A stretch of 64,000 bases of DNA from a virus, in UHGV virus genome UHGV-1373641. The stretch is one strand, 5' to 3'. Below the pieces are notes generated by a model. It was not told where the DNA came from and did not search any database. It saw only the letters and a list, made by a program, of their open reading frames with translations. Positions 28,903-39,411 of this stretch are shown here, one piece after another. Made by a program: the position numbers and the translations under genes. The first letter of the stretch is position 1, and every line of letters starts with the position of its first letter.

Positions 28903-29439
28903 TTAATCTTCACTACAAAAAATAGCAATGAAATCTTCTTTTTGTCCGAGTCTTGCATCATCCCAATCTTTCATTAATGTATAAGCAACTTTATGCGCTG
29001 AGGAACATGCATCTCCCTTTATTGCCTCTCTTATCGCCGCCATTACTTCTACGAGTCCATATGTATATTTAGTATCATAGTTATACCATCTTACAATTTC
29101 TTCCGCTTTTAATAACTTAGCATATACTATGATAAGCTCCTCATCAGTAACCTCTCCAATTGCATATGCCTCAACTATATCAAGAGCATTCAAAGACAAT
29201 TCATTGAAAAGCAAAGACGGGACCTGCCTGATACATCGTACAGCAAAAAGACGAACTTCCGGAGCTTTAATAGTTCTCAATGCCCAAATTGCTGTATCGA
29301 GTCCATTTGAATCAAGAATAGTTTTAAAAGATAAGGGCTCATCATCAGCTTTCATTTTTCCAAGGTACTTAAGAAGTCTCTGCCAGTCTTGGGTAGAAGG
29401 GCCGTACTCACGAATTTCATTCAATGTAGTGTAAAACAT
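28903..29439 (-). CDS. Hypothetical protein
   Basis: 178-aa ORF, helical, no recognised motif. Confidence 0.3.
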   Translation of the reverse strand: MFYTTLNEIREYGPSTQDWQRLLKYLGKMKADDEPLSFKTILDSNGLDTAIWALRTIKAPEVRLFAVRCIRQVPSLLFNELSLNALDIVEAYAIGEVTDEELIIVYAKLLKAEEIVRWYNYDTKYTYGLVEVMAAIREAIKGDACSSAHKVAYTLMKDWDDARLGQKEDFIAIFCSED

Positions 29440-29527
29440 TCTTACGCTCCTTTTTTTACTAGAAATATTTGCTTCCGATGAATGGAGTATTCATCAATCG
29501 GAAGCAAATGTCAACACGTTTTTTAGG

Positions 29528-32458
29528 TTATTTTCTATAAAATTCTCCCCTCCATCCTTCGGCCTTTACTGGCAGACCTTCCGCCCATTGAGGAAGCTTG
29601 CACATGATATTTTCAAATTCCTCGACAGACCCAAACCCTTTAGGAACCTCAGCAATGATTTCATCGTGAACATGAAACACTACCGGATAGTTGGCTTCTT
29701 CGAGATTGAACATCGCATTCACCATCAGATCTCTACAGAAAGCTTGTGTAACATTTTCTGAAAGTATGAGATGGTTAAGCGGCCTTCTCACAAATTGTTT
29801 TTCTGGCGTCAAGGTCATCGCCGTAACAAGCTTCTTGAACGCTGGCTTTTCTGGAGTAGACCATGCCATCTCCACATCTTCAAGTTTAGGCTCGAAGTAG
29901 AAGAGGAACCTGCCACTAGGGAGCTTCATAAGGAGGAATCTCTTATAGTATTGGAATGATACTCCACGATAAGAATAAATTCCGCCCTTATTCGTCATAG
30001 CCATGACAGCAGCTTCAACGAGTTTGTGCCAAAGCTTAACCGTCATTGGGTGCCCGTCTCTCCATGCAGCAATAATCTTCTTTCCTTCCTCTTCATCAAT
30101 GCCCATTCTATCAGCTCCAAAGCGAAGGAACGCGCCATAACCACCTCCGTATCCACAGTTATGCACAATGCGTGGACCGCAGGATGTATGTATCATAAAC
30201 CTGCTTTTATCTCCACAATTCAAAAGATCATAAACTTTTTCTATTTTAGTATAACCATCTCTATTAGATAAAATGCTCCCAGTAAGAATAATTTCATCGC
30301 TATCATCTTTTTTGATAAACTTTAAAATCGCCATATTTATTTTATTATAGTCCTTAATAACGGCTTCACTCACTTTAATATTCAGATAATTTTGAGCTGT
30401 TGAATACTTAGAAAAAATCGTAGCTAAAAAGACGATAATGGAGCATACATATTTAACTTTATCTTCAAGACTCGTGTTCCTTAAGCTTTCACCCAAGTAT
30501 ACATAAACACCTTTTCTACTTTTAGAATCAACAAAGGATACATTAAAGTCATCTTCGTCAAAATCGGAAAGAATTACTTCAATTCCCATTTCAGCTATAG
30601 TTACTTTTACTGGGTATTTCTTCAAACTATAAATAATTTTATCTTGAACTTTTGAGATTTGATAACTAACCCAACTAGAGAATATTTGATATTGCTCGCT
30701 AGAATAAACTTTCCCATCTCCTAGCCATTTACACAATTCAATAGCTGCATCGGAGTCTATCCAAATATTTTCATCCATCAACCATTTTTGATCAGGCGTA
30801 GATTCTACTCCCAAAAAATTAACGATTTCTTTAATACCTTGGCAATATGCTCCATCTGTCAAACACCAGTTTTCTCCATCCCATACATAATCATCTTTAG
30901 TTATGTCGACGATTTTTTTTATTCCATAGCTCGTATAAACCATTGTATCCGCAGAGAAGCAAGCCAACGTAGCCGTCTTACCTACTTGACGCTGCTTCTT
31001 ATCCACATCTTCATATTTCACCCCATAGATAGTCGTAGCTGCAACTTTATACGGGTCGAGGCCATCCCTAAAACCTTGAAGAACATACTCTTCGCCAGCG
31101 AGATATGCCAATGCTCGGGCTTCAATCCCACTATAGTCGGCACAGATAAAATCGTATCCTTTTCTAGCGTGAATCATTGCGCGAAGGCAATCGGAGGCAA
31201 GGACTTTAGGGTCTTTCCAATACTGCTGGATAAGATCTAAATCCCCGCTAGCTGCAAGTTCGATATCCATTTCACTGATATCATAATTATCCAAAGGCTT
31301 GGAACCTTCGGGTATATTCATATTATTTGTTGAAGGTCTAGTCAAATTTTGCGGTTGAATAAGAGCACCAGCAAATCTTCCCGTAGAGGCTCCATGATAT
31401 ATCATCGTTCCATGCGCCCTGCCATCATAGCACGAAGTACAAAGCATGGTCTGATATTTTGCCGTAGAAGACATGGCAATAGTCTGACGAATCTCAAGGA
31501 ATCTACGAACATCGGAGGGGAGATCAGTCCGTTCAAGAAGGTCGGAGATAGCTTGCTTGCTTGCCGAATCAGTATCAACCCCACGAGATTGAAGCCATTC
31601 AATAATAGACTTGGAAGACTTCATGGTAGATACAGCACCATACGTAATCTCGGAAGCTTCCTCCGTCAAAATATCTTCTACTTTATTAACCATATCCATA
31701 ATTTTGACCGCGTGAAACCTGTCAATTCCTACTCCACGGTCATTGATCGTCTGGTCGAGCCGCCACACTTTAAGCTCCCGCTCAGGGATAGGAGGAAGCT
31801 CCATAAAAAGAACTTCTTCCGCAACCACGTCCTGTCGACAATATTCAACATATCGTTTAAACATTGGCTCGTCACAAGGATAGACAATATATTGATGGTA
31901 GTTTTTAATGGTAGGAATGCCACCTTTTGAAAGCACGGCATAGACGTACTCTTGAGTAGCCTTAGCCTTTTCGGGGTCTGGAAATGCGGAAAGTTCGGCT
32001 TTACGGAATTTCCTAGGCTTTGACATTTTCATCATCAGCTTATGCCCTTCATTATCCTTCTGAGGAGCGTCTTTTCGCCAAACCTTTACCGCTTGTTCCA
32101 GTTTACGGGGAAGGTTGCACATAAGGGCCTGAGACATCGTGCATCGAATTTTCTCTAATGGCAATGGCTTAAACCAGAGAGGCTCCATCTTGAACTTCCA
32201 AATGGCTCTTTCGAAAGGGGCGTTATGTGCTGCAATCTCTTCACAATTATTAATAATATCCTGCAATTCATCGTCGCTCAATTCAGTATCAAGAAAATGC
32301 CTATATGCCGGAGCTACCCATACACGAGCCTCCTGTCCACATATACGGACGGCAAGCATCATCACCTCAGTATCAGGGTGCGCAGCATATGCGTAAGCTC
32401 CACAGGTTTTAATATCTACAGGGGACCTCGTTTCAAAGTCAATTACGGATTTCATCAT
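29528..32458 (-). CDS. Family A DNA polymerase with N-terminal DnaQ-like 3'-5' exonuclease, interrupted by an intein
   Basis: Exo I IDFETRS. Motif A CADYSGIEARALAYLAGE. Motif B RQVGKTATLA / CGYGGGYG split by a 268-aa insert. C-terminal HVHDEI motif C. Confidence 0.85.
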   Translation of the reverse strand: MMKSVIDFETRSPVDIKTCGAYAYAAHPDTEVMMLAVRICGQEARVWVAPAYRHFLDTELSDDELQDIINNCEEIAAHNAPFERAIWKFKMEPLWFKPLPLEKIRCTMSQALMCNLPRKLEQAVKVWRKDAPQKDNEGHKLMMKMSKPRKFRKAELSAFPDPEKAKATQEYVYAVLSKGGIPTIKNYHQYIVYPCDEPMFKRYVEYCRQDVVAEEVLFMELPPIPERELKVWRLDQTINDRGVGIDRFHAVKIMDMVNKVEDILTEEASEITYGAVSTMKSSKSIIEWLQSRGVDTDSASKQAISDLLERTDLPSDVRRFLEIRQTIAMSSTAKYQTMLCTSCYDGRAHGTMIYHGASTGRFAGALIQPQNLTRPSTNNMNIPEGSKPLDNYDISEMDIELAASGDLDLIQQYWKDPKVLASDCLRAMIHARKGYDFICADYSGIEARALAYLAGEEYVLQGFRDGLDPYKVAATTIYGVKYEDVDKKQRQVGKTATLACFSADTMVYTSYGIKKIVDITKDDYVWDGENWCLTDGAYCQGIKEIVNFLGVESTPDQKWLMDENIWIDSDAAIELCKWLGDGKVYSSEQYQIFSSWVSYQISKVQDKIIYSLKKYPVKVTIAEMGIEVILSDFDEDDFNVSFVDSKSRKGVYVYLGESLRNTSLEDKVKYVCSIIVFLATIFSKYSTAQNYLNIKVSEAVIKDYNKINMAILKFIKKDDSDEIILTGSILSNRDGYTKIEKVYDLLNCGDKSRFMIHTSCGPRIVHNCGYGGGYGAFLRFGADRMGIDEEEGKKIIAAWRDGHPMTVKLWHKLVEAAVMAMTNKGGIYSYRGVSFQYYKRFLLMKLPSGRFLFYFEPKLEDVEMAWSTPEKPAFKKLVTAMTLTPEKQFVRRPLNHLILSENVTQAFCRDLMVNAMFNLEEANYPVVFHVHDEIIAEVPKGFGSVEEFENIMCKLPQWAEGLPVKAEGWRGEFYRK
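30158..30961 (-). mobile_element. Intein inside polymerase motif B
   Basis: Block A CFSADTMVYT. Terminal IVHN followed by Cys. Internal LCKWLGDG resembles a single degenerate LAGLIDADG motif. Excision restores KTATLACGYGGGYG. Confidence 0.7.
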
Positions 32459-32518
32459 GCCTCCTTTATTAAAAAAGATACCAGAATTTTTAACAAACGC
32501 TGGTATCTTTTTTTTTAT

Positions 32519-32710
32519 TTATTTCGTTTCCATGTTTATATGATTTAGATAAAGCGGCTGTATACTTTCGCCTTTTACCCTACGTTTCGCTGGATATGCC
32601 AATTGGCAGACTAGATATTTTTCATCCCACATCATACACCTCTTTTCCTTACACGGCGCATTCAAGAAAGGACAAATTTTTTCTACTACCCTGAAAGTTC
32701 CTTTTGCCAT
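32519..32710 (-). CDS. Small Cys-rich hypothetical protein
   Basis: 63-aa ORF with CPFLNAPCKEKRC. Confidence 0.25.
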   Translation of the reverse strand: MAKGTFRVVEKICPFLNAPCKEKRCMMWDEKYLVCQLAYPAKRRVKGESIQPLYLNHINMETK

Positions 32711-32724
32711 TATATCCTCCGTGC

Positions 32725-33774
32725 TTACAGAATTTCAATGCTTCCGGAACAAAAGTCCCCACGGCCCCAATGAATAAGCGGAGTAGGAGGCAGCGGGTCG
32801 CCTACCGCATTAAGCTCAATATATTCCTCCATCAAAGAATCAATAAGAGCAAAAGCTTCGTCGATATGAATCTTTGCATGTTCAAATTCTTCAAACACGT
32901 CGCTCGGCTTTTCTTCCATCTTAGGAATAGGGAGCCCGGAAATATTGAGGCTTTCATTATTCAAAGTAAACTCAATATTGATGCCGGAGCCAGCGCAGCA
33001 AGTAACCGCTGCCTTTTCCGCACGAAGACCACGCAGAAGGGCCATACGAGCCTCGTGAAGCTGGTCCGACTTCTCCGTGACCTTCTCCCCGGTTTCCGCC
33101 GAACTTACCGTTACAGTGCCGCTCATGGAGCATTCGTAGGAAGTATTCTCGGTGGTGACAGGTTTGGTGGGATCATTCTCCATGCGCCACCAGAACCACG
33201 TCAGGAACGTCTGGCTATCGACTGTGAAATCAAGGTTTCGAGATTCCACAATTTCTTCGAGATTCTTAACATTTGGAATCCCGGCGACCAACTTGAACGA
33301 CGCCCGGAACTTCTCAAAGACACTATTGGAAGTAGCGAAAAGATACCCTTCCCCTGTTTCGGGATTAAACATGACCGGATAGAAAGAGGGCTTGGCTTTT
33401 TCTTCATTGAGCAGTTTGTTCTTCACAGTGACCTGAATGTCCTTACGTTCTTCACGATTGGGTTTCTTTCCATGAGTTTCGGAGAAACGTTCAATCCGGT
33501 CAGAAATTTCACGCTTGAGAAGATTGGGATCTACCCGCTTAGTGTCGGTACGGAAAAAGAATGCAATAAACCCATTCGCCTTGATGTTGCCTTCGTGGAA
33601 ATCAGAGGAGCCCCAACGGTCATTAAGGGGGCAGAAGCCTTGCATGGAATCCATTCCCGCTTCCCACTTTTCCTGAAAACGTGCGGCGTTAAGCCCATTG
33701 ATGATAGTTTCCAGATTGTCTTCAACTTCGGTGATAAAACGGATAACGGAAACCTTGGACTTGAGAATAGACAT
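32725..33774 (-). CDS. RdgC-like recombination-associated protein
   Basis: 349 aa. Several segments line up (from memory) with E. coli RdgC (N-terminal K-x-L-x-VYR-like start, MGW/MQGF region, LTEW-like LTWFWW). Confidence 0.4.
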   Translation of the reverse strand: MSILKSKVSVIRFITEVEDNLETIINGLNAARFQEKWEAGMDSMQGFCPLNDRWGSSDFHEGNIKANGFIAFFFRTDTKRVDPNLLKREISDRIERFSETHGKKPNREERKDIQVTVKNKLLNEEKAKPSFYPVMFNPETGEGYLFATSNSVFEKFRASFKLVAGIPNVKNLEEIVESRNLDFTVDSQTFLTWFWWRMENDPTKPVTTENTSYECSMSGTVTVSSAETGEKVTEKSDQLHEARMALLRGLRAEKAAVTCCAGSGINIEFTLNNESLNISGLPIPKMEEKPSDVFEEFEHAKIHIDEAFALIDSLMEEYIELNAVGDPLPPTPLIHWGRGDFCSGSIEIL

Positions 33775-33838
33775 ATTTGCTCTCCTTGTTGATGTTTTTT
33801 ACAACCTATTAAATTACGCTTTTCGTGTCAAGAACTTT

Positions 33839-34027
33839 TTATGCGGAAGGATACCCTTTTCCATTCCAATAACGTATAGCATTGATTTCATTATCGGATA
33901 TAGGGCCTCTAGCACGACATTTATTGCATTGCACCTGATAAATATCGACTTTACGATAATTCTTTAATCCGGATCGAATTACGAGCTTCCCCTTTCCCCC
34001 GCAGTACAAACAGTTTGATATGGTCAT
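33839..34027 (-). CDS. Lar-family-like zinc-ribbon protein
   Basis: 62 aa with CLYCGG...CNKC paired CxxC motifs. Confidence 0.3.
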   Translation of the reverse strand: MTISNCLYCGGKGKLVIRSGLKNYRKVDIYQVQCNKCRARGPISDNEINAIRYWNGKGYPSA

Positions 34028-34107
34028 AGCGTATCTCTCAGTATAAACGTAGAGTCCCCGCTCTTTGCTTTTTTTAGCTCGGATGCGGGGACTTTTGTTA
34101 TAGGGTT

Positions 34108-34410
34108 TTAGTTCTTCTCATTAATCTGGAGTCGGGAGGAAAGCTTCACACGAACACGTTTTCGTGCGGGCTTACGAACAATTTCTCCGGTAAGGTTTGA
34201 ACGGAACTCACGGGGGGCCAAGTCTACGACCTTGAAAGTACACAGCCGATGCAGCTTCACGCTACGCCCTGCTTTAAGATTGGCATAAATCACCTCGGTA
34301 TACGCATTGATAACCTTTTCGATATCAGCACGGCGGAATCCGGTAATACGCATGACGGCATTCGTCAAATCGCGGCGGCAAACATTGTTGGTCTTTTCAT
34401 TCTCTGACAT
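34108..34410 (-). CDS. HU/IHF-like DNA-binding protein
   Basis: 100 aa. Pattern ...GF..F.V..R..R.GRNP.TGE... conserved (CTFKVVDLAPREFRSNLTGEIVRKPARKRVRVKLS). Confidence 0.7.
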   Translation of the reverse strand: MSENEKTNNVCRRDLTNAVMRITGFRRADIEKVINAYTEVIYANLKAGRSVKLHRLCTFKVVDLAPREFRSNLTGEIVRKPARKRVRVKLSSRLQINEKN

Positions 34411-34434
34411 TATTTTATTTCCTTATTTTTTTTA

Positions 34435-35094
34435 TTAGAACGGCACATCATCGGAGGAAGAATCTTCCGAACCACCGTAGGTTACATCGTTATTTTCTTC
34501 GGTGCCATAGAGTTCGCCAAGGTCGACGGGAGAGCTTCCGGCAAGACGCTGCCCTTCACCAGTCTTTACGACACCCTTGAGGGAAAGGAAGCACCCGGAT
34601 TCGGTTCCCGGCTTGTCATTATAGTAAACATCCATGATGACATCAGCGATACAGCCCGCATAAAGTTCCTTTTCGATTTCTTCTTTCGATTCGAGCTTCC
34701 GATAAGTCGTAGGGCCAGTCTTGACACCAAGAGCAATAGGATACTTGTTTTTGACGCTCATGAAAACAATATCGTCGCAATCGCCACTCGGCTTGTACTT
34801 GCCGTCTCGAAGAGGGAAACCATCCTTACCTTGCTTCGACAGATACGTATCAAAAAATCCGGGCTCACGGAAATCAACTTTCCACTTCTTCTTATCCGGG
34901 CCAGCGCCCTCGGTATAAACTTCCTCAAGCACGGAGCGCACTTTCTTAATCGTGTCTACGTCGCTCTTGGGAATGCGCGCTTCAATGCTGTACTGAGGGT
35001 CTTTGTTCTTATCATTAGGATTGACTACGGGCTCGGAAAGATGAGGATAAGAAATAGAAGCCTTGAAAATAACGCGCTTAGTAACTCTTGCCAT
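34435..35094 (-). CDS. Phage ssDNA-binding protein (DUF2815/gp2.5-like) with SSB-type acidic C-terminal tip
   Basis: 219 aa ending SSSDDVPF, like the SSB DDDIPF tip. Immediately downstream of the DUF2800-like nuclease, a common phage replication-module arrangement. Confidence 0.5.
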   Translation of the reverse strand: MARVTKRVIFKASISYPHLSEPVVNPNDKNKDPQYSIEARIPKSDVDTIKKVRSVLEEVYTEGAGPDKKKWKVDFREPGFFDTYLSKQGKDGFPLRDGKYKPSGDCDDIVFMSVKNKYPIALGVKTGPTTYRKLESKEEIEKELYAGCIADVIMDVYYNDKPGTESGCFLSLKGVVKTGEGQRLAGSSPVDLGELYGTEENNDVTYGGSEDSSSDDVPF

Positions 35095-35095
35095 T

Positions 35096-36358
35096 TTAGT
35101 TTTCCTCTTGTTGCGAATAAAATTCGTCGATAGATGTTAATGGATTTACGGATTTACGTTTATCGTTTTCTGGTTTTAATTCCATACCGGATTCCGGTCT
35201 AAATGAGTAGAGATCAATTTCCTCTCCTGTCAAAATACCTTCTAACTTAGATGGCGATTTTAACTTTCTCTCCTCAAAAATTTCATCTCCATATTTCAAA
35301 CTTAGCTCTTGGGCGGTGAGCGCATTGTCCCTCCAAACTCGTCTCGATTTTCTTTTTTTAACTAGCTTAAACCCCGGAACTAATCTTCCAGCGACAGCGT
35401 CTTCATAAGCGGATTTTGCTACCGCTTCGATCCAAGGGGCGTACACAATCGATAGATGCAATATACGAGACTTTTCTTCACTTGTCAAGTGTCTTGGGTC
35501 TGGAAGTTCAATATTTTTTTTCTTTTCTTCTATATAGTTGTTATAATTTACTAAATATCCAAGGTCTTTTTCGATCTGAGGACAAACTCCAAAAGCCGGG
35601 CACCATTTACAGTGATCTCCTGATGAAAATTCGGCATCAGGGTCTTCTGTCTTTTCCACCGCAGGACGTAATTCCGTTTCAGCCCAGAGATAGAGGTCAT
35701 CGATCTTTAAACTATACGAACTTACTCCAAAACAATCGTTTCTCGGCTGGACAATAACCATTACTACTTCGTCAAAGTCGTCATTCGATAACGGCTCTCC
35801 TACAATACCCAAAGCATAATATTTCATTTGGGAATTATCGATGGCGGTTACTGGCGTGCTCTTTCCATATTTTAGGTCGAATACATAGAGTCTCCTATTC
35901 TTATAATCTTTGTAATTACAGTCGCATGTACCGAACATCCCTTCCTTTATCCAAGTAAGAGCGAATTTTTCCTCGACGGACAGCTTCTTGCTATCCCCTT
36001 TCTCAAACTTTTCAAAATGGACATTTTCGGTGTCGATTTGAACAAGGTCGCCATTCTCGTCCATCCACAATTTTTGATTATGAACTACGTAAAGAATGTG
36101 GCCTACGTAAAGAGAGACGCTTTTTATCATCTCTTCTTCTATCTCAAAGGAATCTCCCTTTACGTAGATCTTTTTTCCTTTCTTACAGGCGGGATACATC
36201 TCATTTTTAAGGCAGAACTCCGCTAGAGCATGTGCAGCAGTGCCCTCTCTTGCTGCAAGGCTGTCTTCATTTTTGAGCCCAACACTCATCCTGACGGAAG
36301 CGGGACACGCCATCCATCTTTCTGAGGAAGAGGCTCCTATCCTGCTATGTTTTCCCAA
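35096..36358 (-). CDS. PD-(D/E)XK nuclease, Cas4/DUF2800-like, with C-terminal Cys cluster
   Basis: N-terminus SSERWMACPAS. Conserved acidic/Lys core. Cys cluster CKWCPAFGVCP. Confidence 0.6.
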   Translation of the reverse strand: MGKHSRIGASSSERWMACPASVRMSVGLKNEDSLAAREGTAAHALAEFCLKNEMYPACKKGKKIYVKGDSFEIEEEMIKSVSLYVGHILYVVHNQKLWMDENGDLVQIDTENVHFEKFEKGDSKKLSVEEKFALTWIKEGMFGTCDCNYKDYKNRRLYVFDLKYGKSTPVTAIDNSQMKYYALGIVGEPLSNDDFDEVVMVIVQPRNDCFGVSSYSLKIDDLYLWAETELRPAVEKTEDPDAEFSSGDHCKWCPAFGVCPQIEKDLGYLVNYNNYIEEKKKNIELPDPRHLTSEEKSRILHLSIVYAPWIEAVAKSAYEDAVAGRLVPGFKLVKKRKSRRVWRDNALTAQELSLKYGDEIFEERKLKSPSKLEGILTGEEIDLYSFRPESGMELKPENDKRKSVNPLTSIDEFYSQQEEN

Positions 36359-36379
36359 TACATTTACCTTTCATTTTTT

Positions 36380-37183
36380 TTATTCATTGGTTGAATTATG
36401 GTCTTCTCGCAAAAGATCTATGTGATTATGAAGTTTCGTCACAATCGTATTGTAATATTTCTCCTCAACTTCAATGACTTTGCGAGTTACACCCGTCACA
36501 TTTTGAAGAATATCGGCAAGCATTCTATGGGACGTATCAAGATCTCTGCCAGTCCGCATTACCCGACTGCAATACCGCTTGCACTCATCCAGAAATTCTG
36601 CGGGAGTATAAGTTCTTTCGGGCTCTTCCTCAAACTTGAGCGGAGCGGAAGGAACATCCACATAGTCCTCTTCTTCGGAGGCACAGCCTTCCCCGCCGTT
36701 ATATTCTTCCTGCCCGGTCTTCTGCAAAATAGTCGCCGCAGGGTCTTCCATGACTGGAGGAACATCGTCATTTTCGATAATTTCGGGTTCAGGTTCTTTG
36801 GTGGTTTCTTCGACAGTGTTATCGGAATCTTCTACGAGCTTCTTCAATGTGGCAAGACGTGCACGAGGAGAAAACTCGATGCCACGTTCGGTAAGAATAG
36901 ACTTCAAATGCTCACGTTCTTCGTCACTATTCGTAGGCTTGTTTTCTACGTCAGATGCCTCTTCTTCATTTTCAACGGGCTTATCTTCGATGGAAGACGT
37001 GTTCTTTTCATCTTTCGTATCAATCTTTTCTACCACTTGTTCGGGTTTATGTGGATCGGTAGGATTGGGCGATTCTACTGCTTCATTAAATCCGGACTTC
37101 ATTCCTCCAAGACGCAAGAAAAACTCGGCAACCGCTTCGGGGGAACCTTCCACATTTACTCGGATATTATCAGATGCCCACAT
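36380..37183 (-). CDS. Highly acidic, largely disordered protein
   Basis: 267 aa with long E/D/T/P-rich central region flanked by short folded-looking termini. Confidence 0.3.
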   Translation of the reverse strand: MWASDNIRVNVEGSPEAVAEFFLRLGGMKSGFNEAVESPNPTDPHKPEQVVEKIDTKDEKNTSSIEDKPVENEEEASDVENKPTNSDEEREHLKSILTERGIEFSPRARLATLKKLVEDSDNTVEETTKEPEPEIIENDDVPPVMEDPAATILQKTGQEEYNGGEGCASEEEDYVDVPSAPLKFEEEPERTYTPAEFLDECKRYCSRVMRTGRDLDTSHRMLADILQNVTGVTRKVIEVEEKYYNTIVTKLHNHIDLLREDHNSTNE

Positions 37184-37202
37184 TAAGTTCTCTCTCCTTT
37201 AA

Positions 37203-37700
37203 TTATTTATTAAAAAAATTTTCAAAAATAAGGTCTGCAAGCTCAGATTCCGACATACTTTTTATAAGAATAGCTAAAGACTTTCTTTCCTCCACAGGAA
37301 TATTTTCCAAAGAATCTAAAATTTCAGGGATAAGAACTTCTTTCACATAAACGGAAATTATGGCTAGTTTACTCGGATCTCTGAAAATAAGTTCCTCCTT
37401 ATTTCGCATGGCATAGGAACCAATTTCTCTTTCAAGGCCCATAAATTTTGCGCCATGCAAAACCAATCTTTCATATTCGGAGCTTTCTTGACATTTAATA
37501 AGTTTAACGTACTTTTTAATAAGAGGAAGATATGACCTGCCATGACAATCTTCTTCTTTCACTAATGCAAACCCCAATTCCCTACGAGCTTTCAAAGAAA
37601 TCTCTTCCATAAAACATGGATTTCCATCAAGAACAGAGGTTAGGATATCACGAAATTCACCTATCTCCACACCTACGATACTATCAAAATTAAGCTTCAT
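37203..37700 (-). CDS. Hypothetical protein
   Basis: 165-aa helical ORF. Confidence 0.3.
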   Translation of the reverse strand: MKLNFDSIVGVEIGEFRDILTSVLDGNPCFMEEISLKARRELGFALVKEEDCHGRSYLPLIKKYVKLIKCQESSEYERLVLHGAKFMGLEREIGSYAMRNKEELIFRDPSKLAIISVYVKEVLIPEILDSLENIPVEERKSLAILIKSMSESELADLIFENFFNK

Positions 37701-37714
37701 ATTATCCCTATTTA

Positions 37715-39316
37715 TTAATTTAAAATTTTATCTGCAATTTCCTGTTTATGAATAAGCATGGAACAAAGTTCTTTATCAAGGGATTTTTCTAAGACTAAAT
37801 GCTGAACAAGCACATAATCCGCTGTAGCCCCGATTCGTACACAACGATCCTCAGCTTGACTCATAAGACCGGGCACAAATGCCAATTCTACAAATATCAC
37901 TATTGAGCTTTTTGTCAAGGTGTATCCGACACCAGCAGCTTGGATATTTCCGATAAAAAGATGCACATTATCATTTTCTTGAAATGAATCAACACTTTCC
38001 TGCTTTTGTTTGTCCGACATTCCTCCTACAACTTTTACGGGATTGTACTCTTTAAGCTCGTCAGTTAGTAAATCAACAACAGCCCTATGATGCGCGAAAA
38101 CGACGACTTTGTCAACCCCCTCAAGCAAATCTTTTAAATATTCTACACAAAATGGGATTTTGCTCAATGCAACTTCCTTGCGCTTTGCCGCCATCTCGGT
38201 AAACGCGACTCCCTCACCAAACTCCATCTGGCGCACGCATTCTTCGTATCCATAAAGATCACATAATTTAGCCCATCGTTTGGCTTCTTCTTTGATAGCT
38301 GCCTTACAATCTTTCGTTTCCAAAGGTATTTCGATAAGTTGTCTTCTTTTCTTGGGAAGCTGCGGAAGCACATCTGATTTCAATCTTCGAATCATCATCG
38401 ACCCACGGAGCTTCTCAGATAAGGATGGAAGATTGCTAGCTCCACTCATATTGAGTACGGATTTTTTTACCGCATGTCCTTTTTGCTTATCATATATGTA
38501 TATATCTTCATAATGTGCGGAACAATACTCGAATGCAAACGCGAATTTATTAGGCCATCTTTTTTCGTCAAGACAGTTCAGGAGCGGGAATAATTCTATG
38601 GGCCTATTCACCAAAGGAGTTCCGGTCATCAAGACTTTCCGAAATGCTTTTTTTGCGAGATGAAGCGATTGAATAGTCTTTTTCGCTTCGTCATTCTTAC
38701 AATTGTGAGCTTCGTCAATAGCCACGACATCGTATTTTCTCTTGTCGAGGAAAGGGAATACGTTCGGCCTCCATACACTCGAAAAGCTTACGATATGCGC
38801 GAAAGCCTCATCGTCTTTAGGGTCCAAAGTTACTTTACGGGATTTATCGACAAGCCATTTATCCAATTCCCTTTTCCAATTCAGCCGGAGAGATGATGGA
38901 CATATAATTAAAGCTCTCTTTATTTCCGGAAGGCTGTTCAGATATCCGGCAATCTGAATGGTTTTCCCCGTTCCCGGTTCATCAGCAAGTAAGACTCCGG
39001 GGTTCCTCATCATATATTCTATACCTGCCAACTGATAATCTAAATACTGCAAGCCTTCATTAGATGGTACGGAAAATCCTTTCGACGGAGCTGTGGCCCA
39101 AGAAAAATCCCATTTTTCTGAAAAACTCTCAAGAATGCTTCTAGTCCTGTAATCGTGAGAACTTTCTATAAATTCCTTCGCAATCCTGAATAGCTTTGTC
39201 TCGAACCAATCTTCTTCCTTATTATATGTTACGTGTTTCATTTTACTAAGGGCACCCCGTTCTTCCTGTGTATGTGCCCGTATTTGAAAAAGTTTTCCGT
39301 TATACCTCAACCTCAT
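37715..39316 (-). CDS. SNF2-family helicase
   Basis: Motifs LLADEPGTGKT, VVAIDEAHNCKN (DEAH) and helicase C motifs. Probable start MRLRYNG at 39316 with GGAGG 5 nt upstream. Confidence 0.8.
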   Translation of the reverse strand: MRLRYNGKLFQIRAHTQEERGALSKMKHVTYNKEEDWFETKLFRIAKEFIESSHDYRTRSILESFSEKWDFSWATAPSKGFSVPSNEGLQYLDYQLAGIEYMMRNPGVLLADEPGTGKTIQIAGYLNSLPEIKRALIICPSSLRLNWKRELDKWLVDKSRKVTLDPKDDEAFAHIVSFSSVWRPNVFPFLDKRKYDVVAIDEAHNCKNDEAKKTIQSLHLAKKAFRKVLMTGTPLVNRPIELFPLLNCLDEKRWPNKFAFAFEYCSAHYEDIYIYDKQKGHAVKKSVLNMSGASNLPSLSEKLRGSMMIRRLKSDVLPQLPKKRRQLIEIPLETKDCKAAIKEEAKRWAKLCDLYGYEECVRQMEFGEGVAFTEMAAKRKEVALSKIPFCVEYLKDLLEGVDKVVVFAHHRAVVDLLTDELKEYNPVKVVGGMSDKQKQESVDSFQENDNVHLFIGNIQAAGVGYTLTKSSIVIFVELAFVPGLMSQAEDRCVRIGATADYVLVQHLVLEKSLDKELCSMLIHKQEIADKILN

Positions 39317-39382
39317 AATTCCCTCCAAATCTGTGATTTTTTCAAAGTAACCTATCCAACCAAAAAATTCAAGACTTTTCCC

Positions 39383-39411
39383 TTGACAAAAACTTCTTCG
39401 TGAAATAGTAT
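39383..39411 (+). promoter_or_regulatory. Sigma70-like promoter for the plus-strand replication/regulatory operon
   Basis: TTGACA-17-TAGTAT followed by GAGGAGGA RBS and ATG at 39437. Confidence 0.45.
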
